Assembly: GCA_044344255.1 (NCBI GenBank)
Contig: JBIJDH010000021.1
Location: 64,001-128,000 of the forward strand
Origin: Myxococcota bacterium
Lineage (GTDB): Bacteria; Myxococcota_A; UBA796; UBA2385
Reading direction: 5' to 3'
Length of the DNA: 64,000 nucleotides
The notes beneath the pieces were generated by a model, which was given only the letters and a program-made list of their open reading frames with translations, made no database searches and was not told the origin of the DNA. The first letter of the stretch is position 1, and each line of letters starts with the position of its first letter. Shown piece after piece: positions 38,375-50,171 of this stretch. The translations under genes and the position numbers were made by a program.

Positions 38375-38378
<4 letters not shown>
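37791..38378 (+). CDS. MerR-family HTH regulator
   Basis: PDVRTTRYYQTLGLVDRP...YGYRHLLQAVAVKLLQ.EGWSL. Confidence 0.85.
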
Positions 38379-40987
<2,609 letters not shown>

Positions 40988-40991
40988 AGGC

Positions 40992-41783
40992 TCAGCCGCG
41001 CCCGAGGTGGTGGAGCAGCGGCCCGGCCCCCGCGCCGAGGCCGTGCTCCGCCGAGGCCGCGAGGAGCTCAGCGACGAACTGGATCGCGCCGCCGACCGCC
41101 TCGACCAGCGGCTCCCCGCGGGCGAGGCGGGCGGTGAGGGCGGCGGCGAGGGTGCAGCCCGTCCCGTGGGTGTTTCGGGTGGTCAGGCGAGGGTGGGCCC
41201 AGGCGGCCTCGGAGCCGTCGGGGAGGTAGAGGCGGTCGACCACCTCGGCCCCCTCGCCGTGACCGTCCTTGAGCAGGAGCGCGACCCCCTGCCGACGGGC
41301 CCACTCACGCGGCGGGCCCAGGACGAGGATGCGGGCCTCGTGGGTGTTCGGCGTCACGACGGTCGCGAGCGGCAGCAGGGCCTCGAGGATCGCGCCCACG
41401 GCCTCGTCGTCGAGGAGGCGGTGACCGGAGGTGGAGACCATCACAGGGTCGAGCACGAGCGGGACGCGGAGGCCCCGGAGGCCCAGGGCGACGGCGCGCA
41501 CGATGGGCCCGTCCTTCAGCATCCCGGTCTTGACGGCGCCGGGCGGGATGTCCTGCCTCACCATGCGGAGCTGCTCGGTCACGAAGTCCGGGGGCACCGC
41601 ATGAACGGCCGACACTCCGGTGGTGTTCTGCGCGGTGAGGGCCGTGATCACGGCCATCCCGTAGACCCCGTGGGCGGCGAAGGTCTTGAGGTCGGCCTGG
41701 ACGCCGGCGCCGCCGCTCGGGTCGGAGCCAGCGACGCTCAGCGCGACCGGGGTGGCGACGAGGGCGGGATTCGGCTGGAGCAC
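40992..41783 (-). CDS. thiD: Hydroxymethylpyrimidine/phosphomethylpyrimidine kinase
   Basis: AGSDPSGGAGVQADLKT, TAQNT, KTGML, DPVM, TPN..EA, NTHGTGCT; GTG after GGAGG. Confidence 0.93.
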   Translation of the reverse strand: MLQPNPALVATPVALSVAGSDPSGGAGVQADLKTFAAHGVYGMAVITALTAQNTTGVSAVHAVPPDFVTEQLRMVRQDIPPGAVKTGMLKDGPIVRAVALGLRGLRVPLVLDPVMVSTSGHRLLDDEAVGAILEALLPLATVVTPNTHEARILVLGPPREWARRQGVALLLKDGHGEGAEVVDRLYLPDGSEAAWAHPRLTTRNTHGTGCTLAAALTARLARGEPLVEAVGGAIQFVAELLAASAEHGLGAGAGPLLHHLGRG

Positions 41784-41826
41784 GGGCACCTCCGCGGCGG
41801 GCGTATCCCAGACCTGGGGCCCGAGT

Positions 41827-41933
41827 GTGGGGCACCGGCGCCCCGCAGTGGGACATCGATGCCCCACTCTCTGGGGCGGACAAACCGTGAAAGGCTGACA
41901 AATTACAGATCGAGGCCTGGATCGATCTGTGCA
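41827..41933 (+). promoter_or_regulatory. Tandem 20-bp palindromes plus a possible sigma54 promoter
   Basis: GTGGGGCA-CCGG-CGCCCCGC (41827-46), GTGGGACA-TCGA-TGCCCCAC (41848-67); TGGATCG-ATCT-GTGCA (41918-33). Confidence 0.5.
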
Positions 41934-41961
41934 ATGCTGTTGTTCGACCCGAGGAGCGCCC

Positions 41962-43476
41962 ATGTCCCTGTCGCACGCCACGCAGAGCTCCCGCAGCCAC
42001 GGCCCCCTCAGCCACGGCCCCGCCGCCGCGAGCGGCGCCCGCGGGGCGGGCGGCCCGGGGATGAGCGCCGCGAAGCGCCCCGCCTCGGGCCCCTTCGGGA
42101 ACGGCGCGCTGAACGAGGCCCTCTCCTCCGCCTTCGGCCGCTCCCTCGGCGGGCTGGACGCCGCCTTTGGGCAGGGCGGCGAGAACAAGGCGATGGGCGC
42201 CCAGGCGAGCACCGCCGGGCGCTCGATGTCCTTCGGCGCCGGGGTCTCCGAGGACTCGATGGACGGCGCCTCGCTCGAGGCCATCGGCCACGAGGCCGCC
42301 CACGCCCTCGCAGGCGGCGGGTCGGGCAAGCACGGCATCGACCAGAAGGGCGACGCCGGCGAGCGGAAGGCCGACACCGCGGGCAAGCGCTTCCGCGCCT
42401 GGGGAGAGCGGGGCTTCGAGGGCCCGGCGCCCAAGCTGGAGCCCGCCCATGGCGGCCAGGCCGAGGTCCACCGCAAGCCCGACAGCGCGGGCGTGACGCT
42501 CACGGGCGTCCCGGCGCTTCAGCGCGGCAGCTCCGGCTCGCTCGTCAAGGAGCTGCAGCGGCTGCTCAACCTGCACGGCGCCCGCCTCGACCTCGACGGC
42601 GACTTCGGCCGCAACACATCTTACGCCGTCATGAACTTCCAGTCCGACCATGGCCTCCTGGCGGACGGGGTGGTCGGCCCGAAGACGGCGGCCTCGCTCG
42701 AGGGTTCGGGCGGCAGCAGCGCCAGCGGCGGCTCCAGTGGCAGCACCTCCTCCTCCTCTGGCGGCTCGCTCGACGGCAAGCCCGCGCTGCAGCAAGGCAG
42801 CAAGGGGAGCCTCGTCAAGAAGGCCCAGGAGCTGTTGAACAAGTACGGCGCGGACGTCGATGCCGACGGTGTCTTCGGCGCGCTCACCGCCTCCGCCGTG
42901 CGCTCCTTCCAGTCGGCCAACGGGCTCGACCGCGACGGCGTCATCGGCCCCGGCACCGCCGCCAAGCTCACGAGCGGCAAGGCGAACCAGATCAGCAGCG
43001 GGGGGGGGGGCTCCGGCGACAGCGGCGGGTCCTACGCCGGCAACGACGCCTACGACAGCATGCGCGACGCCGTGCTCGCCGCCGCCAAGTCCCACATGGG
43101 CGCCCGCTACTACTGGGGCGCCGACGGGCCGTCGATGTTCGACTGCTCGGGGCTCGTCCTCTACGTGCTGCGCCAGGACACCGGCCTCGTGAACTGGGGC
43201 GACGACACCGCCCAGGGCATCCGCAACCGGGTGTCGAGCACGAAGAACCCCAAGAAGGGTGACTTTGTCTTCTCGCTGTCCGGCGGCAGCGCCCAGCACA
43301 TCCAGATCGCGACGGGCAGCGGCACGGGCACCATCGGCGCCAACGGCGGTGGCAGCCGCACCAAGGGCGACGACCCCAACGCTCGGGTCAAGTACGGCGA
43401 CTGGAGCCAGGACAGCCGCAAGATCGTCTTCGGCTCGATCGAAGAGATCATCGCCGCGAAGGCGAAGAAGAAGTAG
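41962..43476 (+). CDS. DUF4157 (eCIS core)-like domain + two peptidoglycan-binding domains + NlpC/P60 hydrolase
   Basis: GAGGAG RBS; SAFG...GAQAST.G....F...IGHEAAH; two L..GS.G..V..LQ..L...DG.FG..T..AV..FQ...GL..DG..GP.T units; Y.WGADGP..FDCSGLV and a downstream His. Confidence 0.85.
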   Translation: MSLSHATQSSRSHGPLSHGPAAASGARGAGGPGMSAAKRPASGPFGNGALNEALSSAFGRSLGGLDAAFGQGGENKAMGAQASTAGRSMSFGAGVSEDSMDGASLEAIGHEAAHALAGGGSGKHGIDQKGDAGERKADTAGKRFRAWGERGFEGPAPKLEPAHGGQAEVHRKPDSAGVTLTGVPALQRGSSGSLVKELQRLLNLHGARLDLDGDFGRNTSYAVMNFQSDHGLLADGVVGPKTAASLEGSGGSSASGGSSGSTSSSSGGSLDGKPALQQGSKGSLVKKAQELLNKYGADVDADGVFGALTASAVRSFQSANGLDRDGVIGPGTAAKLTSGKANQISSGGGGSGDSGGSYAGNDAYDSMRDAVLAAAKSHMGARYYWGADGPSMFDCSGLVLYVLRQDTGLVNWGDDTAQGIRNRVSSTKNPKKGDFVFSLSGGSAQHIQIATGSGTGTIGANGGGSRTKGDDPNARVKYGDWSQDSRKIVFGSIEEIIAAKAKKK

Positions 43477-43514
43477 GCGGCCCGCGCCGCGCTCCTGCCC
43501 GCTCCACCCTCGCA

Positions 43515-44348
43515 TCAGTCGGAGAGGCCCCGCCCGAGGCGGAGCGCGACCAGCCAGGCGTCCAGCGCCTCGGGCTGGGGCGCCTCGGCCGGGAGGGCGG
43601 AGCGCGCGTGGGCCTGCTCCAGGGCCTGCAGGGCCGCGTCCATTCGGCCCCGCCAGTACGTGAATTCCTCAGTGGACAGCTCGGTCTGTTCGCCGCGCTG
43701 CTTGGTGTTGATGAGGTCCTGGGCGTCGGGGAAGCCGTAGGGGAGGGCGAGGCGGGAGAGGTCGAGCTCGAGCGCCCCCTCGAGCAGCAGGTGTGCGCCG
43801 GTGAGCGTGGTCCGCAGCACGTAGAGCACCCGCTTGGGGGTGGGCCGCCGCTCGGCCTCCTTCCGCTGGTTGTGGGCGAAGCCGCGGTAGTGGGCGTAAA
43901 AGCGCCGGTGGAGGTTCATCCGCAGCAGGGGCTGAAGGCCCTCGAGCGCGGGATCGGCCTGGAGCGTGACCGGGCCGAGCAGGCGCTCGAGGTAATTCCC
44001 GTTGCCGCCGAGGACGCCCGCGAGGGCCGCCCCCACCTCATTCGAGCTGTAGTCGAGCTCGATCCCGTCGACCACCTCGGTCTTCTCGGCGGTGGGCCCC
44101 GGTGGCCGGAGCCCGAGCAGGCCGCGGGTGGGGGCGACGTGGACACACTTGAGGTCGATGTCGCTGCCGGGTGAGGGAAAGCCGAACACATGGGAGCCGG
44201 AGAGGGCTACGACGAGGTGATGGCGCTCCGCCTCTCGGGCGAGGAGCCAGGGCGTGATGACGGCGCGCTCCGCGGGGCTGAGCGGGGCGTGGGAGAGCCC
44301 GGGGGTGACCATCTCGGGTGCGACGATCGGGGGGAGTGGAGCGGACAT
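43515..44348 (-). CDS. Pol-beta superfamily nucleotidyltransferase (RlaP/YcgL-like)
   Basis: SGSHVFGFPSPGSDIDL, NGNYLE, HYRGFA, KRVLYVLR. Confidence 0.85.
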   Translation of the reverse strand: MSAPLPPIVAPEMVTPGLSHAPLSPAERAVITPWLLAREAERHHLVVALSGSHVFGFPSPGSDIDLKCVHVAPTRGLLGLRPPGPTAEKTEVVDGIELDYSSNEVGAALAGVLGGNGNYLERLLGPVTLQADPALEGLQPLLRMNLHRRFYAHYRGFAHNQRKEAERRPTPKRVLYVLRTTLTGAHLLLEGALELDLSRLALPYGFPDAQDLINTKQRGEQTELSTEEFTYWRGRMDAALQALEQAHARSALPAEAPQPEALDAWLVALRLGRGLSD

Positions 44349-44391
44349 GCGGGGCCTCTCGCGTTTTCATGTCCTACGGGACCGGGGACTG

Positions 44392-45657
44392 CTACCCTTG
44401 GGGCGGGGTGGGCGGCGGCGGCGCCTCGGCGCCCCAGGGCCCGGGGGCCTGGTCGAGCCAGCGACGGGCAACCTCGTCTCCGGTGCGGCGCAGCAGGCCG
44501 TCGATGCGGTCGAGGTCGGGGCCGAGGGGGAGGTGGGGCTCGTGGCGGGCGGCCTCGAGGCGGGGGGTGAGGGCCTCGGCCTGCACGAGCACCGCCTCGA
44601 GCTCCACCTCGCCGTTCTTGATGGCCAGGAGCTGATCGCGGAGCGGCCCCTCCACGCGGAGCTGGGCCCGGCCCGTCTCCATCCAGCGAATGGCCGTCCA
44701 GATCAGCCGCAGCAGATTGTAGGCGTTCTTCGGTCGCAGCGTGCGGGGGAGGTCAAAGTCGGCGCTGCGCTCGCGGGCGAAGGTGACGAAGGCCGACCAG
44801 TCCCGCGCGCTCAGGAGCCCCTGGTCATAGAGGGAGGAGTAGACCTGCTTGATGTAGTCCTTACAGTGTGCGCGGTGCTCTCCGGGGCGCCGCCCCTCGG
44901 CGGGGGCGTGCAGGGCGAGGCGGGTGGCCACCTGATCGAGGTCGAGGCCGGGCTCGGCGCGCAGCCAGTCGAGCAGGACGGCGCGGTGCTCGGCGAGGCG
45001 CAGGCCGGACTGGAGCCGGTGGAGCTGGGAGAGGGCGTATCGGCCGAAGCTGCCGTAGATCTCCCGGCTGACGAAGGCCTCTCGGTGGCGGAGCAGCTCC
45101 TCGCCCAGGGGGTCGATCGCGCGGGCTTCCTCGACGAAGAGCATCTCGAGCGTGTTCGGGTCGGCCGACAGGGCCTGTCGCACCGCCTTGTCGAGCGCCC
45201 ACAGGGTCGTGCTGCCGTCGGCGCTGATGAGGTCGGCGGGGGGCTGGACGAGGCCCTGGGTCCACGGGAAGGGGAGGGCGAAGACGCCGCGCAGGTCGGT
45301 GTCGCTGCCCTCGTGGGAGAGGCCCCAGGCCCGCGAGCCCACGGTGGAGAGCAGCACGGCGTTCCCCCGCAGGGCCGTCCAAGCAGCGTCACGGTGGATG
45401 GCGTAGCGGAGCTGACCGAGCTTGCGCGGGACGAGCTCCTCTCGGCGATAGCGCAGCACGCCGACGCCGACGAGGGCCACGTCGATGCCGGCCTCTCCGT
45501 GCAGGGCCACCACCCGGCCGACAGAGCCCTGGGGCACCTTGCGGGCCTCGGGCCCCTCCCCGAGCCAGCGGTCGACGCGGGTGCCCACCTCCGTGCCGTG
45601 GGGCAGCGGGACGGCGAGGGGGTCGATGTCTTGGAGGGCGCTGAGGCGGGGCTTCAT
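44392..45657 (-). CDS. Pol-beta superfamily nucleotidyltransferase (RlaP-like) with N-terminal SH3-like extension
   Basis: VGSRAWGLSHEGSDTDLRGVF, PNTLEMLF, FGRYALSQ, KNAYNLLRL, LLAIKNGE. Confidence 0.85.
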   Translation of the reverse strand: MKPRLSALQDIDPLAVPLPHGTEVGTRVDRWLGEGPEARKVPQGSVGRVVALHGEAGIDVALVGVGVLRYRREELVPRKLGQLRYAIHRDAAWTALRGNAVLLSTVGSRAWGLSHEGSDTDLRGVFALPFPWTQGLVQPPADLISADGSTTLWALDKAVRQALSADPNTLEMLFVEEARAIDPLGEELLRHREAFVSREIYGSFGRYALSQLHRLQSGLRLAEHRAVLLDWLRAEPGLDLDQVATRLALHAPAEGRRPGEHRAHCKDYIKQVYSSLYDQGLLSARDWSAFVTFARERSADFDLPRTLRPKNAYNLLRLIWTAIRWMETGRAQLRVEGPLRDQLLAIKNGEVELEAVLVQAEALTPRLEAARHEPHLPLGPDLDRIDGLLRRTGDEVARRWLDQAPGPWGAEAPPPPTPPQG

Positions 45658-45737
45658 GGTGCGCCATGTCTATCCCGCGCCGGCCGGTCCTCCAGGCGGC
45701 GCGGCCGGGTCGGGTTACGCTCGCTGAGGGGCGTCGG

Positions 45738-46432
45738 ATGTCCAGCGTTCAACGTCGTGTCGTCGCCTGTCTCGCCCTTGGGGTGGCGGTCGCGGGCTGG
45801 TGGTCGCTGAGTCGCCCGACGTGGGCCTCGACGCGCCCTGTGTCGTCACCGAGCGCTTCGACGACCGGGCGGACGGTTCGTTTAACCGCGCCACCCGCCG
45901 CGCCTACGACGAGGAGGGGACGCTCCTCGAGACGCTGTTTGACGGCCAGGCCGACGGCGTCTGGGACTCCCGCACCACCGAGGTGGAGCACCCCGACGGC
46001 TACTGGGTCGAGCTCTATGACCTCTCCCTCGACGGCACCCTGGACGGCCTGTCGGCCGCCACCTACGACACCCTCGGCCGACTGGAGCGCGTAGACGCGG
46101 ACTATGACGGCGACGGGCTCATCGACGCGCACACCACCCACACCTGGGAGGGAGACCGCGAGACGGTGGAGATCGATTGGGCGCGAGACGGGGTGATCGA
46201 GCACCGGCTCGTCTATCCGTGGAGCTATTCCTACGACGCTGCGGGGGCCCTGTCGATCGTCGACCAGGACGACTACGCCAACGACGTCATCGATCTCCGC
46301 GCCACCTACACGCGAGACGCCCTCGGGCGGCGACTGAGCGAAGACTGGGATCGCGAGGTCGACGGGGACGTCGACTGGCGCACGGAGTACACGATAGTCT
46401 GTGGCGACCAGCTCCCACCCGAGCCCGGATAG
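45738..46432 (+). pseudogene. Lipoprotein with acidic DxDxDG/YD-like repeats, frameshifted at ~45799
   Basis: Signal peptide in one frame (from ATG 45738) and the repeat body in another (45800..46432). Confidence 0.6.
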
Positions 46433-46463
46433 GCGGCGGCGGCGGCGGCGGCGCCCGGGCGCC

Positions 46464-47057
46464 TCAGGGGCGCGGGCGGAGGAGCTCGTGGTCGAGGTGG
46501 GCCCGCACAGTGGGCCACTCGGCCGCGGTGATGCTGTAGACCACCGTGTCGCGCACCGTGCCGTTGGGCATGACCGTGTGGGCGCGGAGCACCCCGTCCT
46601 GCTGAGCGCCGAGCCGCTCGATGCCGGCGCGGCTCGCCTGGTTGAAGAGGTGGGTGCGGAACTCGACCGCGATGCAGTCGAGCCCCTCAAAGGCGTGGCC
46701 GAGCAGGAGCCGCTTGCATTGGGTGTTCACCGCGGTGCGCTGGACGCGCCGACGGTACCAGGTGGAGCCGATCTCCAGCCGCCGGTTCACCCGATCGATG
46801 TTCATGTAGGTGGTCATGCCGCAGGGCCGGCCCGACTCCGCGTCGATCACCGTAAAGGGCAGCATGGTGCCGCGGGCCTGAAGCGCCAGCCGCCGCTCAA
46901 TCTCAGGGGCCATGCCCTCGGGATCGGGGATGACCGTGTACCAGAGGCGCCAGAGCTCTCCGTCGCGGACCGCCTCCACGAGGTCGTCGTGATGGGTGGG
47001 GTGGAGGGGCACGAGGCTCGCGTGGCGGCCGACGAGCGCGATGGCTTGGGGGTTCAG
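46464..47057 (-). CDS. GNAT acetyltransferase (RimJ/RimL-like); start uncertain
   Basis: LEIGSTW..QRTAVNT..K..LL.HAFE, N.ASR..IERLGA..DG.LR.H, RDTVVYSI..EWP. Confidence 0.9.
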   Translation of the reverse strand: MNPQAIALVGRHASLVPLHPTHHDDLVEAVRDGELWRLWYTVIPDPEGMAPEIERRLALQARGTMLPFTVIDAESGRPCGMTTYMNIDRVNRRLEIGSTWYRRRVQRTAVNTQCKRLLLGHAFEGLDCIAVEFRTHLFNQASRAGIERLGAQQDGVLRAHTVMPNGTVRDTVVYSITAAEWPTVRAHLDHELLRPRP

Positions 47058-47097
47058 GGGGGCCTCCGACGGTAAACGGTGACGCGGGGCGCTCCGC

Positions 47098-48141
47098 TCA
47101 GCCGCCCGTGTCTGCCCCGCCGGTCTCCCCGGCGAGGCGCTGCCCGAGGCGGTGGAGCGCGGCCTGGACCTCGGGCTGGTCGAAGTAGTCGCTGCCCAGC
47201 GATCCGTCGGCCCAGCGCTCCTCGGCGTCATACTCCCAGTTGAGGAACATGCTGCAGCCGGGGGTGGCGGAGAGGACGTCGCCGTATCGCACGATCTCTT
47301 CGGCGGACATCGCGTAGCGACCCTCCTCCCAGCCCGGCTGCCCGCTCGAGCCGTCGCCGCCGTTGGCCATGTTCAGACCCATGATCAGGCCCACGCCCAG
47401 CGACGCGGCGGCGGCCTCCTGCGCCTGCGCGTAGCCTTCGACCGACCCCTCCTGCGAGAGGTACTGGTTCACGCTGGCGTCGAGGTGGGTGTAGCGGCCC
47501 CCCTCGGGCACCGGCAGGTCATCGGCGTTGGCGCGCACCAGCACCGGTAGGCCGGGCAGCAGCTCCTCGCTGTAACGAGCCAGCTCGTCGAGCTCGGCGG
47601 CGGTGGGCCCCTCCCCGTCGAACTGGTCAATGTCGTCGAGCAGCATGTGCGTGGCCAAGGTGCCGTCGTCGATGAAGTCCTGAACGCCCGAGCCGGCCCA
47701 GGGGTCGAGCATCGCCTTCCAGGCCTCGATGTCGAAGTCACCCTCGTGGTTCGTGTAGAACGCGTGGTCTCCGACGAGGCGCAGGTTCACGCGCAGGCCG
47801 CTCTCCCGCACCATCGGCAGGAGCTCCTCCACGCCGTACTCGGGGTGCCGGGTGGCGGTGTGGAAGTGCGTGAGGCCGAACCGATCGCGGAGCTCCGCCA
47901 GCCCCTCGGCGGACACGAAGCCGTTGAGGCCCCAGAAGCCGTAGGGGATGGGGGTGACCGCGGGGAGCGGCACCTCGGAGGCGGAGCCCCCGCTGTCTCC
48001 GCCGAGGTCGCCCGTGCCGAAGCTCCCCTTGACCGGCCCACAGGCCAGGAGCAGCAGAGAGCCGAGGCACAGGGTGGGCGCCACCGCCGTGGTGGCGGTG
48101 CGGCGACGCGGGGTGTCGAGTGAGGGCACTCGGGGCTTCAT
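47098..48141 (-). CDS. Hypothetical lipoprotein (possible TIM-barrel/glycoside-hydrolase-like)
   Basis: LLAC lipobox; native codon usage; the fold assignment is a guess. Confidence 0.65.
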   Translation of the reverse strand: MKPRVPSLDTPRRRTATTAVAPTLCLGSLLLLACGPVKGSFGTGDLGGDSGGSASEVPLPAVTPIPYGFWGLNGFVSAEGLAELRDRFGLTHFHTATRHPEYGVEELLPMVRESGLRVNLRLVGDHAFYTNHEGDFDIEAWKAMLDPWAGSGVQDFIDDGTLATHMLLDDIDQFDGEGPTAAELDELARYSEELLPGLPVLVRANADDLPVPEGGRYTHLDASVNQYLSQEGSVEGYAQAQEAAAASLGVGLIMGLNMANGGDGSSGQPGWEEGRYAMSAEEIVRYGDVLSATPGCSMFLNWEYDAEERWADGSLGSDYFDQPEVQAALHRLGQRLAGETGGADTGG

Positions 48142-48204
48142 GGGGTCTGGTGCTCGGAGGGTGGTCTGCTGTACATGCCACGGAATTGCGGTGGTGTCAC
48201 CCAT

Positions 48205-49083
48205 CTATCGGGGGGTTGGGGAGGACGACGGAGCACGATCGAGGCGGTTGTAGCTCCCGGCCGTCCAGACCTCATGCTTCACCCGCGCCGGCAGCCGATC
48301 GAAGAGGGGGCGCAGCCAGGCAGAGAGGGGGAGCGGCCGGCCGAGGCGGGCGCCCGCGTAGCCGAGCGGGCAGCGCTCACCGATCGCCCAGCCCCAGGCG
48401 GCGAAGGACCCCTCCCAGTCGCCCGGGCTGAAGCGGAGCGGCGTCTCGCGCAGCGCGCGGCCGTGCCTCATTACGCGGGTGGCGAGGAGGAAGCGGCGGG
48501 TCACCTCATCGACGATCCAGGAGGCGAAGGTGACCTGGGCGTGGAGGTCTCTGGCCAGCTCGGCCACCGCGGTATTGTGGAGGTAGGGCAGCACCCCCTC
48601 GGTGAGCACGAGCGTGCGCCGCGACTCGGCGCCGATCGCCTCGAAGAGGCGGGCCCGGGCGCGCCGATCGGAGAGGTCGAGGCCGTGGCGCTCCACCCGA
48701 CAGGCGGCGGGGCGCCCGGAGAGGCGGGCCTCCTTGAAGGAGATCGTCGCCGGGAAGTCGACCTCCACCCAGCGGAGGGAGGCGGGCAGCGCGAGGCGAT
48801 AAGGGCGGGTGTCGAGGCCGGCCCCGAGGTTGAGCACCGTGTCGCAGCCCGCGCGGAGGGCGCCCGCGAGCAGCTCGTCGATGACCACGGTGCGGATCGC
48901 GATCGCCCAGGCGACGTTCGGATCGTCGCCGACCCCTGCGAGGATCGTGCGGCCTCGGCCCTCGACGAGGCAGGAGACGGCCTCATCGACGAAGAGGGCG
49001 TCGGGGCGGGCGCTCTCGACCTCTCGGAGGGCCGCCACCCAGAAGGCGGTGTCGGAGACGTCGTGGATGGGGCTGTCGGGCAT
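48205..49083 (-). CDS. SAM-dependent methyltransferase (leucine carboxyl methyltransferase-like)
   Basis: TAFWVAALR..E, RT..ID, VLNLGAGLDTR, EVD, EGVLPYL. Confidence 0.9.
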   Translation of the reverse strand: MPDSPIHDVSDTAFWVAALREVESARPDALFVDEAVSCLVEGRGRTILAGVGDDPNVAWAIAIRTVVIDELLAGALRAGCDTVLNLGAGLDTRPYRLALPASLRWVEVDFPATISFKEARLSGRPAACRVERHGLDLSDRRARARLFEAIGAESRRTLVLTEGVLPYLHNTAVAELARDLHAQVTFASWIVDEVTRRFLLATRVMRHGRALRETPLRFSPGDWEGSFAAWGWAIGERCPLGYAGARLGRPLPLSAWLRPLFDRLPARVKHEVWTAGSYNRLDRAPSSSPTPR

Positions 49084-49091
49084 GGCGCTCC

Positions 49092-50171
49092 CTATCCGGT
49101 CGAGCGGGACCCCTCTGGGAGCGGCGGAGGCCAGTGCGCCTCACGATGGAGGTCGAAGCCGGCGAAGCGCAGCTCGGCGTAGCGGAGGAAGTCGAAGGGG
49201 ATGGGCGACCAGGCCGCTTGCAGCACCGCCCAGCTCCCCCAGAAGAGGTGGTCGATGAGCACGAAGTGATCGACCAGCGCGGCGTGTCGGTCGAGCTCGG
49301 GGTGCTGGGGATCACCGAGCCAGTGGGCGACGAAGGCCCGGCGTCGTTCGGCGGAGGGGAAGTCACGCGCGAAGTCGGAGGCGAAGCCCGTGTGCTCGCA
49401 GAGGTGGTTGGCGAGGTCGAAGGCGGCGGGGGAGAGGTCGGCGTACTCGAAGTCGACGAAGCGGATCTCCCCGCTCTCCTCGTGCAGCAGGATGTTCCCG
49501 CTCAGAAGGTCGTTGTGGGCCAGCACGGGGCGCATGCCGGGGTGGCCCTCCAGGCCCTCGAGCGCGGTGATGAGGGCCTCGAGGTCAGCGGCGCGGGACG
49601 GCAGCGAGAGGGCCTGTCGGCGGAGCTCGCGGTCGGGCTCGGGCAGCCGGAGCCCCTGGGCGGCGGTCATCCAGGCCCGCAGCCGGCCCCAGAGGCGGTG
49701 CCCGCCCTCCACCGGGGTGGCGTGCAGCCGAGCGAGGCAGGCGGCGATGGCATCGCTGTGATCGGCCATCTCCTGGGGGGCGAGCGGGCGGAAGCCCTCC
49801 CACCACTGCTCGATCCGCCCGCCCGGGAAGGCCCCGTAGACGGTCGGTGCCAGGCCGGCGGCGCCGAGGGTCTCGAGCCAGCGCCGCTCGCGCGCGCGGT
49901 CGATGACGAGCTCGGTGCGGGGGCCGAAGCGCCGCACCAGCAGCGGGGGCCGGCCGGGGGCGCGGAGCCGCCACAGCTCATTCGTGATGCCGCCGCCGAC
50001 CGCGCTCACCTCCGCGGTCTCTGCGGAGGCCCAGCTCGGCACGAGGGCGCGGCAGAGCGCGAGCAGGGCCGCGGGGCTGGGCTCGGTGAGGGGCTCGGTG
50101 AGGGGCTCGGCGAGGGGCTCGGCGAGGGGCTCGGCGAGGGGCTCGGCGGGCTCGGGCCAGGGGTCGGTCAC
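49092..50171 (-). CDS. Choline/ethanolamine kinase family protein
   Basis: GGITN, IDR..E, Brenner motif HNDLLSGNIL, VDFEYA, FDLANHLCE, HLFWGSWA. Confidence 0.88.
   Translation of the reverse strand: MTDPWPEPAEPLAEPLAEPLAEPLTEPLTEPSPAALLALCRALVPSWASAETAEVSAVGGGITNELWRLRAPGRPPLLVRRFGPRTELVIDRARERRWLETLGAAGLAPTVYGAFPGGRIEQWWEGFRPLAPQEMADHSDAIAACLARLHATPVEGGHRLWGRLRAWMTAAQGLRLPEPDRELRRQALSLPSRAADLEALITALEGLEGHPGMRPVLAHNDLLSGNILLHEESGEIRFVDFEYADLSPAAFDLANHLCEHTGFASDFARDFPSAERRRAFVAHWLGDPQHPELDRHAALVDHFVLIDHLFWGSWAVLQAAWSPIPFDFLRYAELRFAGFDLHREAHWPPPLPEGSRSTG

Noticed and set aside
41790..41900. TPP riboswitch upstream of thiD
   Set aside because: No CUGAGA or CCUGAU...GCGNAGGGA core on the minus strand; the dyads look like DNA operators.
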